The position numbers and the translations under genes were made by a program. DNA of 64,000 nucleotides from Callorhinchus milii (taxonomy: Eukaryota), in contig NW_024704742.1 of the NCBI RefSeq assembly GCF_018977255.1, positions 60,948,001 to 61,012,000 on the forward strand, read 5' to 3'. The notes under the pieces were generated by a model. It did not search any database. It had not been told where the DNA came from and saw nothing but the letters and a program-made list of their open reading frames with translations. The number at the start of each line of letters is the position of its first letter. Within the stretch, counting starts at the first letter, position 1. Shown one piece after another: positions 1 to 12,356 of this stretch.

Positions 1-1854
1 ATTAAAAATTATTGTAATATAGTTTGGAAAAGACAGTTAACATTCTTTGTATGCTTTCTCAGTCTGTGCAAACATATATAGTGTAACATGTTATGAAATG
101 AGCTTGACTAATGCCTTGTTCACAGTGAAGCCATTTAATTTTCTTCCCCCCACCTCTCAAAGACGTACACACTGTGAGGGCGTTTCTCTGAACGTTAATA
201 AACTTTTAAGTTTGAAGGCCTGAAGTCCTTCATATTCTAACACTTAAGGCTATTGTCTTAAAATGTAAAATCAGGTGCTACAGTTCAGAGGAAATTTAAT
301 TTCCAAATCAAAGACTCTTTTCCAAAATTCTCCACAATCTTGAGTTTAACAACCAAATTCTTAACAACAACAAATTGCATTTGTATAGCGCCTTTCACAT
401 CAGGACAACCTCTCAAGGTGCTGAATAGTCAAAGATTTGGGATCAGGAGGGGTTGGAATCAGGAATCAGGGATTAAGAATAAGGTAATAAAAATATTTTA
501 TGCCCTTGATATCTAACCTACAATGTGGTACCACCAGGGTACCTACCAGTCAAGATTAGGAAGTTTTTTGATCAACGAATTCAGAGTAGATATGTGAGTA
601 ATCAGTGAACCATCCCCATTTGTGCCTATTTATTTTCCTCCCAAATTGCATTTGATCACAGTTCTATGCCGTCTCACTTCTTTCACAAATGCCCTTGAAT
701 TGTGTGTTTTTATATTATTGTGAACCATATATGTGAAACATAGTAAAGCGGTCAGCAGGGGTGAACACACAGAAACTGACTCATTGCCATAACTGATGCT
801 TCACATCAATAGCTGCTGCTCCCACTATTACATCAGCATTCTTGAAATAAACTACATTGAGTTAAAATTATTCTTGATTTTATTTTATTTTAAAGCAAAT
901 ATCAACCATTAAAATAAATATCTAGAATTATTTTCACATTTCTGCTTATTTTCTCCCCTTTTTAAATCCTTTATGACATACATAACCTGAGTTGTGATTT
1001 CATCCCATATTTAAATACGTTTACCTACAAAATACGCAGTCACTACACTTTAAAATATATTCCATGAAGTGCTTTGAGACATCCCCCTGACGTGAAAAGC
1101 GCTGTATCAGACGTAAGGATTATTATAATATTAAATACAGATCATCATATACAGAATGAGCATCAACATTAATAATAGGTCCTTGAAGATAATAATACAT
1201 TTAGAGTCTATGGTTTCTATTAATAAGAATATAGATAATCTCTGAGCAGTACACCTACAAAAGAATATCAGGTTATACATTTTGAAGTCTGTGTGTTTGG
1301 TTCATTTTGTGTTTCCTGCTTAGAAATAAGTATTCCTTCACCTTATTGATATATGCATTAGAATAAAAAACATTGAAGTTTGATGTGATTCTATATTTAC
1401 GAAGAAAGATAACTATTATGGACAAGTTGGTGCAGGGGATGGTTTATGAAGCAATGCTGTAAACTTTGCATAAAACGTTTAGCAATCTTCATTATGCTGC
1501 ATGACGAAGTTCATTCAATGCATTTTATAAACAAATCACGCAATAAAATTTACTCCTAATTTCCACATCTTTCACATTTTGTATATTATTCCTGTGCAAG
1601 AGCATGGGTAGTAACATGTCTGTTTGTAGCTGATCATTTAGACGTGTAAGAGAATGGTGGACGTTGACCAAGCCTTTAAAATTCTCCCACCTGTCCTTGG
1701 AGGCTGCACCTTATCTTCATTCAAAAGAATGTCAGACAGGTCAGGGTGGGAATGGGTCCTTTTCTTTCAGGAAGCCATGGAGCTCGGACCTTAGGCAAGT
1801 TTCCTTACATCTTTGTTTACCTAGCATTAAGCAGGATCCCGAGTGATTGCTTTC

Positions 1855-2200
1855 CAGGGAGGGCACTGCTGATGACAGCACAGCCAGTCTGGCTCATCGG
1901 CAGGACCTGGAAGGGCAGACCAGTCACTGGGGACAGGAAGTCATCCCACACAGCACCTGTTAACCCTGCAAACCAAAGCCCTAACAGGTAGGGTGGTCCT
2001 AACGGGCAGCTGGAAAGCTTACTGGTCAGCAATATCAATGGCAAGCTATGCGGTTTTAACTGGTTAGACTCCAGCAGTTACCCAAACGCACGCTCTGGGG
2101 TCCCCAAAGTTTGGCTCTCAGTTTGGTTTGGATACTCACAAGCAAGGTGACACGTTTCTGCATGTGTTGCACACCCGGCTGACCAAAGAAAAGAAAAAAA
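1855..2200 (+). repeat. Unclassified dispersed repeat, partial copy
   Basis: Shares tgatgacagcacagccag...ctgttaaccctgcaaaccaaagccc...gaccaaa with 21850-22367. Confidence 0.7.
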
Positions 2201-2721
2201 ATCTTTAAGCACTCTGAGACATTACCAAGTGTGAAGGCCACTATATAATTATTTTGGGGGGAGTATATAATTGCATGTTGTTGTTTTCTGTTATTTTTAC
2301 ATGTATTAAATATTTTGGAAGCTTTGTTGGTATGTTTATAACTACAGGGTGACCAAAACATTGTGCTACACTATCGTGTCTAATAAGTCTTAAATAAATT
2401 ATGATTTTCTTTTAGATAATAGGGTAGTTATCATGACTTTTTGTATTTGACACCCTGTATTTATAACTGAATAATATCAATAGTTGATCATTTTCTTTTA
2501 TCATATGGATGAATAAAAACACCTCTCTCCACATAACCAGTTAGAGATATAGAAGTACGGAAACCAAATTGGTGTTTTATTCAGCAGCTCTGAGCTTCAA
2601 GGTTGCAGGTTCCTTGTAGCATGGACATGTTTATTTATTGCAGCAGGAGGCAGTCTAGTATAATGTTTAATGTTCACAGTTAGAGAAATCAGGTGACAAG
2701 CTAGGTTCAAAGGAGGTGTGA

Positions 2722-3005
2722 GACTAGCTCAGTTGTTAGCACTCTCACCTGCACGTCAGAAAATGGTGGGTTCAAACCTTATGTGAGGACTTTGAACTCA
2801 CATGACAGAATAGTCTGCAGTGCAATGCCGGGGTGGGTATACTCCTTTGTCGGAGGTATTGTCCTTCATATGAGACATTAAACCAGGCTGCTCCTCCCCC
2901 TATCAATTGGACGACAAAGATCCTATAGCTCCATTTAAAAAGAGAAGGGATTTTCTCCTGCTGGATCTGCCAACAACAATTGTATTTATACAGCATCCTT
3001 CACAC
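2722..3005 (+). mobile_element. Old Deu-domain tRNA-SINE (SacSINE1/AmnSINE1-like), degenerate
   Basis: tRNA-like head followed by a Deu-like core (tgagacattaaacc...aaagatcctatagc). Confidence 0.6.
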
Positions 3006-3258
3006 AGAGCACTTAACAACACTGAGCATTGCAAAATATATCTTTGTCAATGAAGGAAATACTTTGCACAAAAAGTACAATGGCATTCTGCCAGCGAGGA
3101 CCTGAGAAAATATTTTTGGGTCTATCATTGCATCAATCAAAAAAAGATATCTTTTCAATACCTGTGTAAAACAAAAAGTTCCTTATTTTTAACAAATAGT
3201 CCAGAGGATATCAATGTAACATATTAGCAAATGAACAAATGGAGAGGTTAGGAGAATT

Positions 3259-3628
3259 GGAGTCCTGCAGCTCATTGGTTGGAGCACTCGCCTCACAAGC
3301 GAGAGACCTGGGTTCAATTCTCAGCAGGACAAAACGTTGGGCAAGTTTCCTTACTCCGCACACCTCTGTTGACCGAGAAGTAAGTAGGAACCTGGTTGTT
3401 AGTCGATTGGCAGATTGCTTTTCCAGGGGTTATAATTCCTTTTAAAAAATTATTGGTCACTCAATCCACGAATGTTCGTGGGACACTGCTGTGCGCAATT
3501 GGCTGACGCGTATACAGTCATACAGTATAAAATATACAGTCAATTCACTTTACAGTATATTCTGTGAAGAGCTTTGAGACATCTGTATGATGTAATAAGG
3601 TGCTATATCAAATGCAAGGATTATTATA
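3259..3628 (+). mobile_element. tRNA-derived SINE, long subfamily, L2-type tail
   Basis: A/B-box head, multiple related copies in window, (ATT)n end. Confidence 0.85.
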
Positions 3629-4100
3629 TGGAATTCTCTGCTGGAATGGTGGTTAAAGAAGGAATCCATATTAGCTATCATAAGAACATAAGAAATGCTA
3701 GACGATAAAAGACCATGGTCCATGTAGTTCGCCTTCCACCTTCCTGGCAGTCACATGCACATATGTCCCAAACTATCTATGTACTATATCCCACAATTTT
3801 ATTTCCTAAAATAAAACTATCTAATCTGTGTTTGAAGAATCAACATTTCCTGCTTTGACCGTCTCCCTAGGGAGCCTATTCCACAGGTTCACTATTCGCT
3901 CACTGAAATAGTGTTTGCGTAGATTTGTTCTGATCGCAGGCTGTGTCCTCTGGTTACAGCTATCAAAAACGCATTAGATAAATACCTAAATAAGAGTAAG
4001 TTACAAGGGTACTGGGAAAGTGTAGGTAAATGGGACTGAAAGGATTGCTCTTAAAAAAAATGCGCCGAAAAGCCTTTTTCTGTGCTGTAAATTCTCAAGG
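3628..4100. mobile_element. Older CR1 3' fragment (+) interrupted by a younger CR1 3' fragment (-, 3681-3957)
   Basis: 8-bp TSD AGCTATCA at 3673-3680 and 3958-3965; inner copy resembles 26875-27170. Confidence 0.75.
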
Positions 4101-4474
4101 TTCTGCAGACTGTCTCATGCTCCCGCCCCCCAAACTAGGTATTTCCTTCATTTTCCACGGTTCTGTACACTGTTTCCTTGATGTATTTAGTCAATTATTA
4201 TTAATATCAAACAACCATCAGAGCAGTTTCCTGTCTTGAGAATGCAAAACAGAATGGTTTATTCAAGACGTAACTTTAACAGAAGGTCTGCTTAAATGAT
4301 TGTGTAAAGGACACTAAAACAATTGCACCACACCTGCAAAAGCTTTTGCAACTGTGCAACTTAATTTTTAGCAGGGTTTGCCAGAAATTGAAATACGTTC
4401 GTAGCCCTTTTTTTGAGTTTCAGCCGGGTGCCTGACACATGCGGAAACCCATCCCCATGCTTAATAGTAGCCTT

Positions 4475-5740
4475 CTAATAGTGACATTCTGAACATCTGT
4501 GATCAGGGCTCCCTCTGCCTCCTTGTCCTCCTCGACCTCACTGCCGCCTTCGAGACTGTCGACCACTCCATTCTCATACACCGCCTTTCCGCTTTACTCA
4601 ATCTTCATGGACCTGCCCTTGCCTGGTTCGATACCTATCTCTCTCACCGTCGTCTCCACTTTGTTGCTTCTAACAGTTTCTCCTCCTGTCCCTGCACTGT
4701 CACGTCTGGCGTCCCCCAGGGCTCTGTCCTTGGCCCTCTCCTCTTTAATATCTACATACTCCCCCTTGGTGACATCATCCACAGACATATATGCGGATAA
4801 CACCCAACTCTATCTTTCTGCCTCCACCCTCAACGCCAGGGCCACTGCTGTCCTGACAGACTGCCTGTCGGACATCAAGTTCTGGATGAGGTCAAATTTC
4901 CTTCAGTTGAACGTGAACAAGACTGAGGCCCTCCTGATTGGCTCGCGCCAGCGCCTCAGCACCTCAGGCTCTGGCAGCATCAACCTCCATGGTTGCACAC
5001 TGCAACTCACCGCCAGTCAGGAACCTGGGCGTCCTGTTCGACCCTCAACTATCTTTTCTCCCCCACATCCAAGCCATGACCCGCTCTGCCTTCCCTCATC
5101 TCCGTAACATCACCCGACTCCACCACTACCTCACCCCTCAGGCCGCTGAAACTCTTGTTCATGCCTTCATCCCCTCCAGGCTCGACTTTGCAAATACTTG
5201 CTTGTCGGCCTTCCCAACTCCTCCCTCCAGAGACTGCAGATAATCCAGAACTCTGCAGCCCGTGTCCTCTCCCGCACCAAATTCCATGACTCCATCTCCC
5301 CATTCTCGCCCGACTCTATTGGATCCCTATCTTTCAGAGGATCCAGTTCAAGATCCTGGTCCTCACATACAAAGCCCTCCATGATCTTGATCCACCCTAC
5401 CACTATGACTTCCTAACACCCTACCAACCCGCCCGCTCCCTCGGCTCAGCCGGCTCTGGCCTGCTCCACGTCGCCCGACCCGCCCACCCCACCCCACCAT
5501 TGGCAAACTCTGGAATTCCATCCCCCAGTCACTCCGTCTCACCCCCTCCTTAGCCTCCTTCAGGTCCCGCCTCAAGACCCTCCTCTTCGACCATGCCATC
5601 GGCCATCCCCCTTCCCCTCCCCTCCCTTCTCCCCCCTGACCCCAGCTCGGGTCTGAAATGCTGTACACTGTCCAGCGCCTTGGGATGTCCTGCCGAGGTG
5701 AAAGGCACTATACAAATGTAATCTTGCTGCTGTTGTTGTT
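4475..5740 (+). mobile_element. 5'-truncated L2 LINE (RT domain, YADNTQLY; frameshifted) with (GTT)n tail
   Basis: ORF pieces YADNTQLYLS, NFLQLNVNKTEALLIG, AETLVHAFI..RLD. Confidence 0.92.
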
Positions 5741-5969
5741 GTATCCAAACCAAGCAGAGAATTTCATGCATCCCACCTACATATGGTAATCCCAGAGAAA
5801 GGTTGTTGGAATGGATTGCACACTCTCTCCCTGAAGCCCCAAGTTATTCAGATACTTGCCCAAAAGCAGCCCAATACTTTGTGTTGCCATCTGCATGCAG
5901 CAGCAGTGACCGGTTCAGGTCAGTGCTTTTCAAACGAGGAAAAGGTCTTTGACGCACAGAACAGCAAAA

Positions 5970-6135
5970 AAACGTCCAATTGGGCGTGAACCCGCCCAGA
6001 GCTCCGCCTCACGGGCAGTGACCGGGGAGACGTGATTGACAGCTCTGCGCGCCGCCGTGCATTGTGGGCAGCCTGGCCTGGCTGCGGTTACCATGGAAAC
6101 ACCCAACACAACTAACAGCCACAGCGGAGACTCCA
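5970..6135 (+). promoter_or_regulatory. Candidate SPATA4 promoter: CpG-rich segment with CCAAT-like boxes and an RFX X-box (GTTACCATGGAAAC, 6087-6100)
   Basis: Local CpG/GC enrichment in AT-rich DNA; near-consensus palindromic X-box, typical of ciliary/flagellar genes; upstream of the SPATA4 CDS on the same strand. Confidence 0.55.
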
Positions 6136-9100
6136 TCACTCACCATCCCCAGCCCTGACCATCCCCAGCCCTGACCATCTCCAGCCCTGACCATCTCCAG
6201 CCCTGACCATCCGCAGCCCTGACCATCCGCAGCCCTGACCATCACCATCCCTGACCATCCCCAGCCCTGACCCTCCCCAGCCCTGACCATCTCCAGCCCT
6301 GACCATCCCCAGCCCTGACCATCTCCAGCCCTGACCATCTCCAGCCCTGACCATCTCCAGCCCTGACCATCTCCAGCCCTGACCATCCGCAGCCCTGACC
6401 ATCCCCAGCCCTGACCATCTCCAGCCCTGACCATCCGCAGCCCTGACCATCCGCAGCCCTGACCATCCCCAGCCCTGACCATCTCCAGCCCTGACCATCT
6501 CCAGCCCTGACCATCCGCAGCCCTGACCATCCGCAGCCCTGACCATCACCATCCCTGACCATCCCCAGCCCTGACCCTCCCCAGCCCTGACCATCACCAT
6601 CCCTGACCCTCCCCAGCCCTGACCATCTCCAGCCCTGACCATCACCAGCCCTGACCATCCCCAGCCCTGACCATCTCCAGCCCTGACCATCTCCAGCCCT
6701 GACCATCTCCAGCCCTGACCATCTCCAGCCCTGACCATCTCCAGCCCTGACCATCCCCAGCCCTGACCATCTCCAGCCCTCACCATCTCCAGCCCTGACC
6801 ATCACCAGCCCTGACCCTCCCCAGCCCTGACCATCTCCAGCCCTGACGATCACCAGCCCAGACCATCTCCAGCCCTGACCATCTCCAGCCCTCACCATCA
6901 CCAGCCCAGACCATCTCCAGCCCTGACCATCTCCAGCCCTGACCATCTCCAGCACTGACCATCTCCAGCACTGACCATCTCCAGCCCTGACCCTCCCCAG
7001 CCCTGACCCTCCCCAGCCCTGACCCTCCCCAGCCCTGACCATCACCAGCCCTGACCATCTCCAGCCCTGACCATCACCAGCCCTGACCATCTCCAGCCCT
7101 GACCATCACCAGCCCTGACCATCTCCAGCCCTGACCTCCAGCCCTGACCTCCAGCCCTGACCATCCCCAGCCCTGACCATCCCCAGCCCTGACCTCCAGC
7201 CCTGACCTCCAGCCCTGACCATCTCCAGCCCTGACCCTCCCCAGCCCTGACCATCCCCAGCCCTGACCTCCAGCCCTGACCATCTCCAGCCCTGACCAAC
7301 ACCAGCCCTGACCATCACCAGCCCTGACCATCACCAGCCCTGACCATCTCCAGCCCTGACCATCTCCAGCCCTGACCATCTCCAGCCCTGACCTTCCCCA
7401 GCCCTGACCATCACCAGCCCTGACCATCTCCAGCCCTGACCCTCCCCAGCCCTGACCCTCCCCAGCCCTGACCATCTCCAGCCCTGACCAACACCAGCCC
7501 TGACCCTCCCCAGCCCTGACCATCACCAGCCCTGACCATCTCCAGCCCTGACCATCTCCAGCCCTGACCATCTCCAGCCCTGACCATCTCCAGCCCTGAC
7601 CATCTCCAGCCCTGACCATCTCCAGCCCTGACCATCTCCAGCCCTGACCATCTCCAGCCCTGACCATCTCCAGCCCTGACCATCACCAGCCCTGACCATC
7701 ACCAGCCCTGACCATCACCAGCCCTGACCATCTCCAGCCCTGACCATCTCCAGCCCTGACCATCTCCAGCCCTGACCCTCCCCAGCCCTGACCATCCCCA
7801 GCAATGACCATCACCAGCCCTGACCATCTCCAGCCCTGACCATCACCAGCCCTGACCATCTCCAGCCCTGACCATCACCAGCCCTGACCATCTCCAGCCC
7901 TGACCTCCAGCCCTGACCTCCAGCCCTGACCATCCCCAGCCCTGACCATCCCCAGCCCTGACCTCCAGCCCTGACCTCCAGCCCTGACCATCTCCAGCCC
8001 TGACCCTCCCCAGCCCTGACCATCCCCAGCCCTGACCTCCAGCCCTGACCATCTCCAGCCCTGACCAACACCAGCCCTGACCATCACCAGCCCTGACCAT
8101 CACCAGCCCTGACCATCTCCAGCCCTGACCATCTCCAGCCCTGACCATCTCCAGCCCTGACCTTCCCCAGCCCTGACCATCACCAGCCCTGACCATCTCC
8201 AGCCCTGACCCTCCCCAGCCCTGACCCTCCCCAGCCCTGACCATCTCCAGCCCTGACCAACACCAGCCCTGACCCTCCCCAGCCCTGACCATCACCAGCC
8301 CTGACCATCTCCAGCCCTGACCATCTCCAGCCCTGACCATCTCCAGCCCTGACCATCTCCAGCCCTGACCATCTCCAGCCCTGACCATCACCAGCCCTGA
8401 CCATCTCCAGCCCTGACCATCTCCAGCCCTGACCATCACCAGCCCTGACCATCACCAGCCCTGACCATCTCCAGCCCTGACCATCTCCAGCCCTGACCAT
8501 CTCCAGCCCTGACCATCTCCAGCCCTGACCATCACCAGCCCTGACCATCTCCAGCCCTGACCATCTCCAGCCCTGACCATCTCCAGCCCTGACCATCACC
8601 AGCCCTGACCATCTCCAGCCCTGACCATCACCAGCCCTGACCAACACCAGCCCTGACCATCACCAGCCCTGACCATCTCCAGCCCTGACCATCTCCAGCC
8701 CTGACCATCACCAGCCCTGACCATCTCCAGCCCTGACCATCTCCAGCCCTGACCATCCCCAGCCCTGACCATCTCCAGCCCTGACCATCTCCAGCCCTGA
8801 CCATCTCCAGCCCTGACCATCACCAGCCCTGACCATCTCCAGCCCTGACCATCACCAGCCCTGACCAACACCAGCCCTGACCATCACCAGCCCTGACCAT
8901 CTCCAGCCCTGACCATCTCCAGCCCTGACCATCTCCAGCCCTGACCATCACCAGCCCTGACCATCTCCAGCCCTGACCATCTCCAGCCCTGACCATCCCA
9001 GCCCTGACCATCTCCAGCCCTGACCATCTCCAGCCCTGACCTCCAGCCCTGACCTCCAGCCCTGACCATCCCCAGCCCTGACCTCCAGCCCTGACCTCCA

Positions 9101-11060
9101 GCCCTGACCATCTCCAGCCCTGACCATCTCCAGCCCTGACCATCCCCAGCCCTGACCATCTCCAGCCCTGACCCTCCCCAGCCCTGACCATCACCAGCCC
9201 TGACCATCACCAGCCCTGACCATCACCAGCCCTGACCATCTCCAGCCCTGACCATCACCAGCCCTGACCATCTCCAGCCCTGACCCTCCCCAGCCCTGAC
9301 CATCTCCAGCCCTGACCATCTCCAGCCCTGACCCTCCCCAGCCCTGACCATCTCCAGCCCTGACCCTCCCCAGCCCTGACCCTCCCCAGCCCTGACCATC
9401 TCCAGCCCTGACCATCTCCAGCCCTGACCATCTCCAGCCCTGACCATCTCCAGCCCTGACCATCTCCAGCCCTGACCATCTCCAGCCCTGACCATCTCCA
9501 GCCCTGACCATCACCAGCCCTGACCTCCAGCCCTGACCATCTCCAGCCCTGATCATCATCAGCCCTGATCTCCAGCCCTGACCATCTCCAGCCGTGATCT
9601 CCAGCCCTGACCATCTCCAGCCCTGACCATCTCCAGCCCTGACCATCTCCAGCCCTGATCATCATCAGCCCTGATCTCCAGCCCTGACCATCTCCAGCCC
9701 TGACCATCTCCAGCCCTGACCATCTCCAGCCCTGACCATCCCCAGCCCTGACCCCCCCACCCTGACCCTCCCAGCCCTGACCATCACCAGCCCTGACCAT
9801 CACCAGCCCTGACCATCTCCAGCCCTGACCATCTCCAGCCCTGACCCCCCCAGCCCTGACCCTCCCAGCCCTGACCCTCCCCAGCCCTGACCATCACCAG
9901 CCCTGACCATCACCAGCCCTGACGATCCCCAGCCCTGACCATCACCAGCCCAGACCATCTCCAGCCCTGACCATCTCCAGCCCTGACCATCTCCATCCCT
10001 GACCCTCTCCAGCCCTGACCATCTCCAGCCCTGACCATCACCAGCCCTGACCCTCCCCAGCCCTGACCCTCCCCAGCCCTGACCATCTCCAGCCCTGACC
10101 ATCTCCAGCCCTGACCATCTCCAGCCCTGATCATCTCCAGCCCTGACCATCTCCAGCCCTGACCATCTCCAGCCCTGACCATCTCCAGCCCTGACCATCA
10201 CCAGCCCAGACCATCTCCAGCCCTCACCATCTCCACCTCACCATCTCCAGCCCTGACCATCTCCAGCCCTGACCATCTCCACCTCACCATCTCCAGCCCT
10301 GACCATCTCCAGCCCTGACCATCCCCAGCCCTGACCATCTCCAGCCCTGACCATCACCAGCCCTGACCATCTCCAGCCCTGACCATCCCCAGCCCTGACC
10401 ATCCCCAGCCCTGACCATCTCCAGCCCTGACCATCTCCAGCCCTGACCATCTCCAGCCCTGACCATCACCAGCCCTGACCATCTCCAGCCCTGACCATCT
10501 CCAGCCCTGACCATCTCCAGCCCTGACCATCTCCAGCCCTGACCCTCCCCAGCCCTGATCTCCAGCCCTGATCTCCAGCCCTGATCTCCAGCCCTGACCA
10601 TCCCCAGCCCAGACCATCCCCAGCCCAGACCATCCCCAGCCCAGACCATCCCCAGCCCAGACCATCTTCAGCCCTGACCATCTTCAGCCCTGACCATCTC
10701 CAGCCCTGACCATCTCCAGCCCTGACCATCCCCAGCCAAGACCATCTCCAGCCCTGACCATCTCCAGCCCTGACCCTCTCCAGCCCTGACCTTCCCCAGC
10801 CCTGACCATCCCCAGCCCAGACCATCCCCAGCCCAGACCATCCCCAGCCCAGACCATCTCCAGCCCAGATCAGCTCCAGCCCTGACCATACTTCTCCAGT
10901 CCTGACTATCTCCAGCTCTGACCATCCAGCTCCAGCCCTGACCATCCAGTCCTGACCATCCTACCCTGACGCTCCAGCCCTGACCATCCAACCCTGACCA
11001 TCCAGCTCCAGCACTGACCGTCTATCTCCTGTACTGACTGTCCATCTCCTGCACTGACTG
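6136..11060. repeat. About 4.9-kb minisatellite, unit CCAGCCCTGACCATCT (16 bp) with 13-bp and substitution variants; 769-bp higher-order duplication
   Basis: Directly visible; identical ORF translations at 7042-7302 and 7811-8071 give the 769-bp offset; units degrade from about 10860 to 11060. Confidence 0.98.
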
Positions 11061-11171
11061 TACCCCCTGTTAAGGTTATTATTTGCTGTACCAGCTGGCA
11101 CCAAGCTGGAAGCAGCACGTTCTCCTGGTGGCTGGAGCCCATCTGTGGATGAAGCAGATACCATTGACTGA

Positions 11172-11620
11172 ATGAGCACTTTATTCACTGAGGCAGCAGC
11201 TGAGGTAGCCACAACCGGCGATGAGGTGTCCGCTCCGGGGGCTCCTCCACCCCTGACCACTGTCGGGGTGGAGGAGCCGATTTCAGCACCAGTCCCAGCC
11301 TGGGCCAGAGCCACTGCAGCGCAGGCCACCACCCCATGGGTGTCAGTACAGCCGCTCGCATACTCCCTGTCGTCTAGCCGGCAGAGCATGAGGAGTTACT
11401 CTGAGTCAGTGCCGCGCGGGGTCAAAACCGAGAAGCTGACATTCACCCATCAAGCGGGTCAGTGCTGCCGACCTGTTCACAGTGAGTATGCTGACCACTC
11501 TACGGTCACCCACCAGGGGATCTACTACCCTCCACTCCAGAGCAAAACTGGCATAGCCAGGGAGGTCTACAAGTGGCTCCAGAGTCTGGATCTGAGTGTG
11601 GAATACACAAACATCAGGAG
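11172..11620 (+). CDS. SPATA4: SPATA4-like coding exon 1 (Ala/Thr/Pro-rich N-terminus, start of CH-like domain ...GIAREVYKWLQSLDLSVEYTNIR); start codon could be 11388
   Basis: WLQSLDLS motif of the SPATA4/SPEF1 family; donor AG|gtaact at 11620/11621; in-frame TGA immediately before the ATG. Confidence 0.85.
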
Positions 11621-11749
11621 GTAACTACCAGCAATAATAATAATATTTATGTTTACTAGAGTTCCTTTCATGTCAGGGGGATGTCTCAAAGGTCTTCACA
11701 ACATTTACTTATAATGCAACATGTGCAGCAGCCCTGATACCAGTTACCA

Positions 11750-12145
11750 GTCAGCCCGGGTCAGTTGGTTGCATCCTTGGTCTCTGACAGAAGGTTGTGG
11801 GTTCAAGCTCCCATGGTTTAGGCTGGGACCCCAGTTCAGTGCTGGAGAAATGTTGGAGGTAGCCTCTTTCAGATGAGATGTTAAACTGAGATTCCATCTG
11901 CCTGTTCAGGTGGACATTAAAAATCCTATAGCATTGTTTGGAAAGAGAAGTGAGTTTCTCCTGGTGTGCTGAACAACAATCCCCCAATAGCATTGGTCAT
12001 TCGCCTAATGGCTGTTTATGGGAAAATTGTTGGACATAAATTGGCTGCCGTGCTCTCTTACATAAGTGCAACACTTTGCAGTATATCCTGTGAACTGCTT
12101 TCCTCCCTGTGAAAGGTGTTATATCAAATGTGAGGATTAGTATTA
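11750..12145 (+). mobile_element. Old Deu-domain tRNA-SINE in SPATA4 intron 1
   Basis: tRNA-like head, Deu-like core (tttcagatgagatgttaaac...), L2-type tail. Confidence 0.65.
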
Positions 12146-12229
12146 AATTCTGTGAAGTGCTTTTTGCAAATGTATATCTTAATACTGTATCTAAAATTAT
12201 ATCATAATTTCAATGCAAATGTGTTTCAG

Positions 12230-12356
12230 GGATTTTTCCAATGGCTTTCTTGTGGCTGAAATCTTCTCCCGGTACTTTACTGATGCCTCTACGCGTCTTG
12301 TCACCAATGGGGTATCATTAACCAGAAAGATGAATAACTGGTACCATCTGGAAAAC
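12230..12356 (+). CDS. SPATA4: SPATA4-like exon 2 (RDFSNGFLVAEIFSRY...NNWYHLEN)
   Basis: RDFSNGFLxAEIF hallmark; ttcag acceptor, gtatgt donor, phase consistent. Confidence 0.93.

Noticed and set aside
1..1560. 3'UTR of a neighbouring gene such as ASB5 (several AATAAA)
   Set aside because: No coding exon visible; AATAAA is expected by chance in AT-rich DNA
6093..6158. ATG inside the X-box as SPATA4 start codon
   Set aside because: Frame ends at TGA after 21 codons with no splice donor before it
6009..10991. Dozens of minus-strand ORFs with MVRAGDGQGWRWSGLE repeats
   Set aside because: A stop-poor 16-bp unit gives the same peptide in all three frames; indels and TGA variants are unconstrained, so there is no sign of coding selection
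6136..11060. CRISPR-like array
   Set aside because: Head-to-tail units with no unique spacers, no cas genes, vertebrate context
10961..11389. 142-aa antisense ORF
   Set aside because: Shadow of the GC-rich SPATA4 exon plus repeat edge; no recognisable domain
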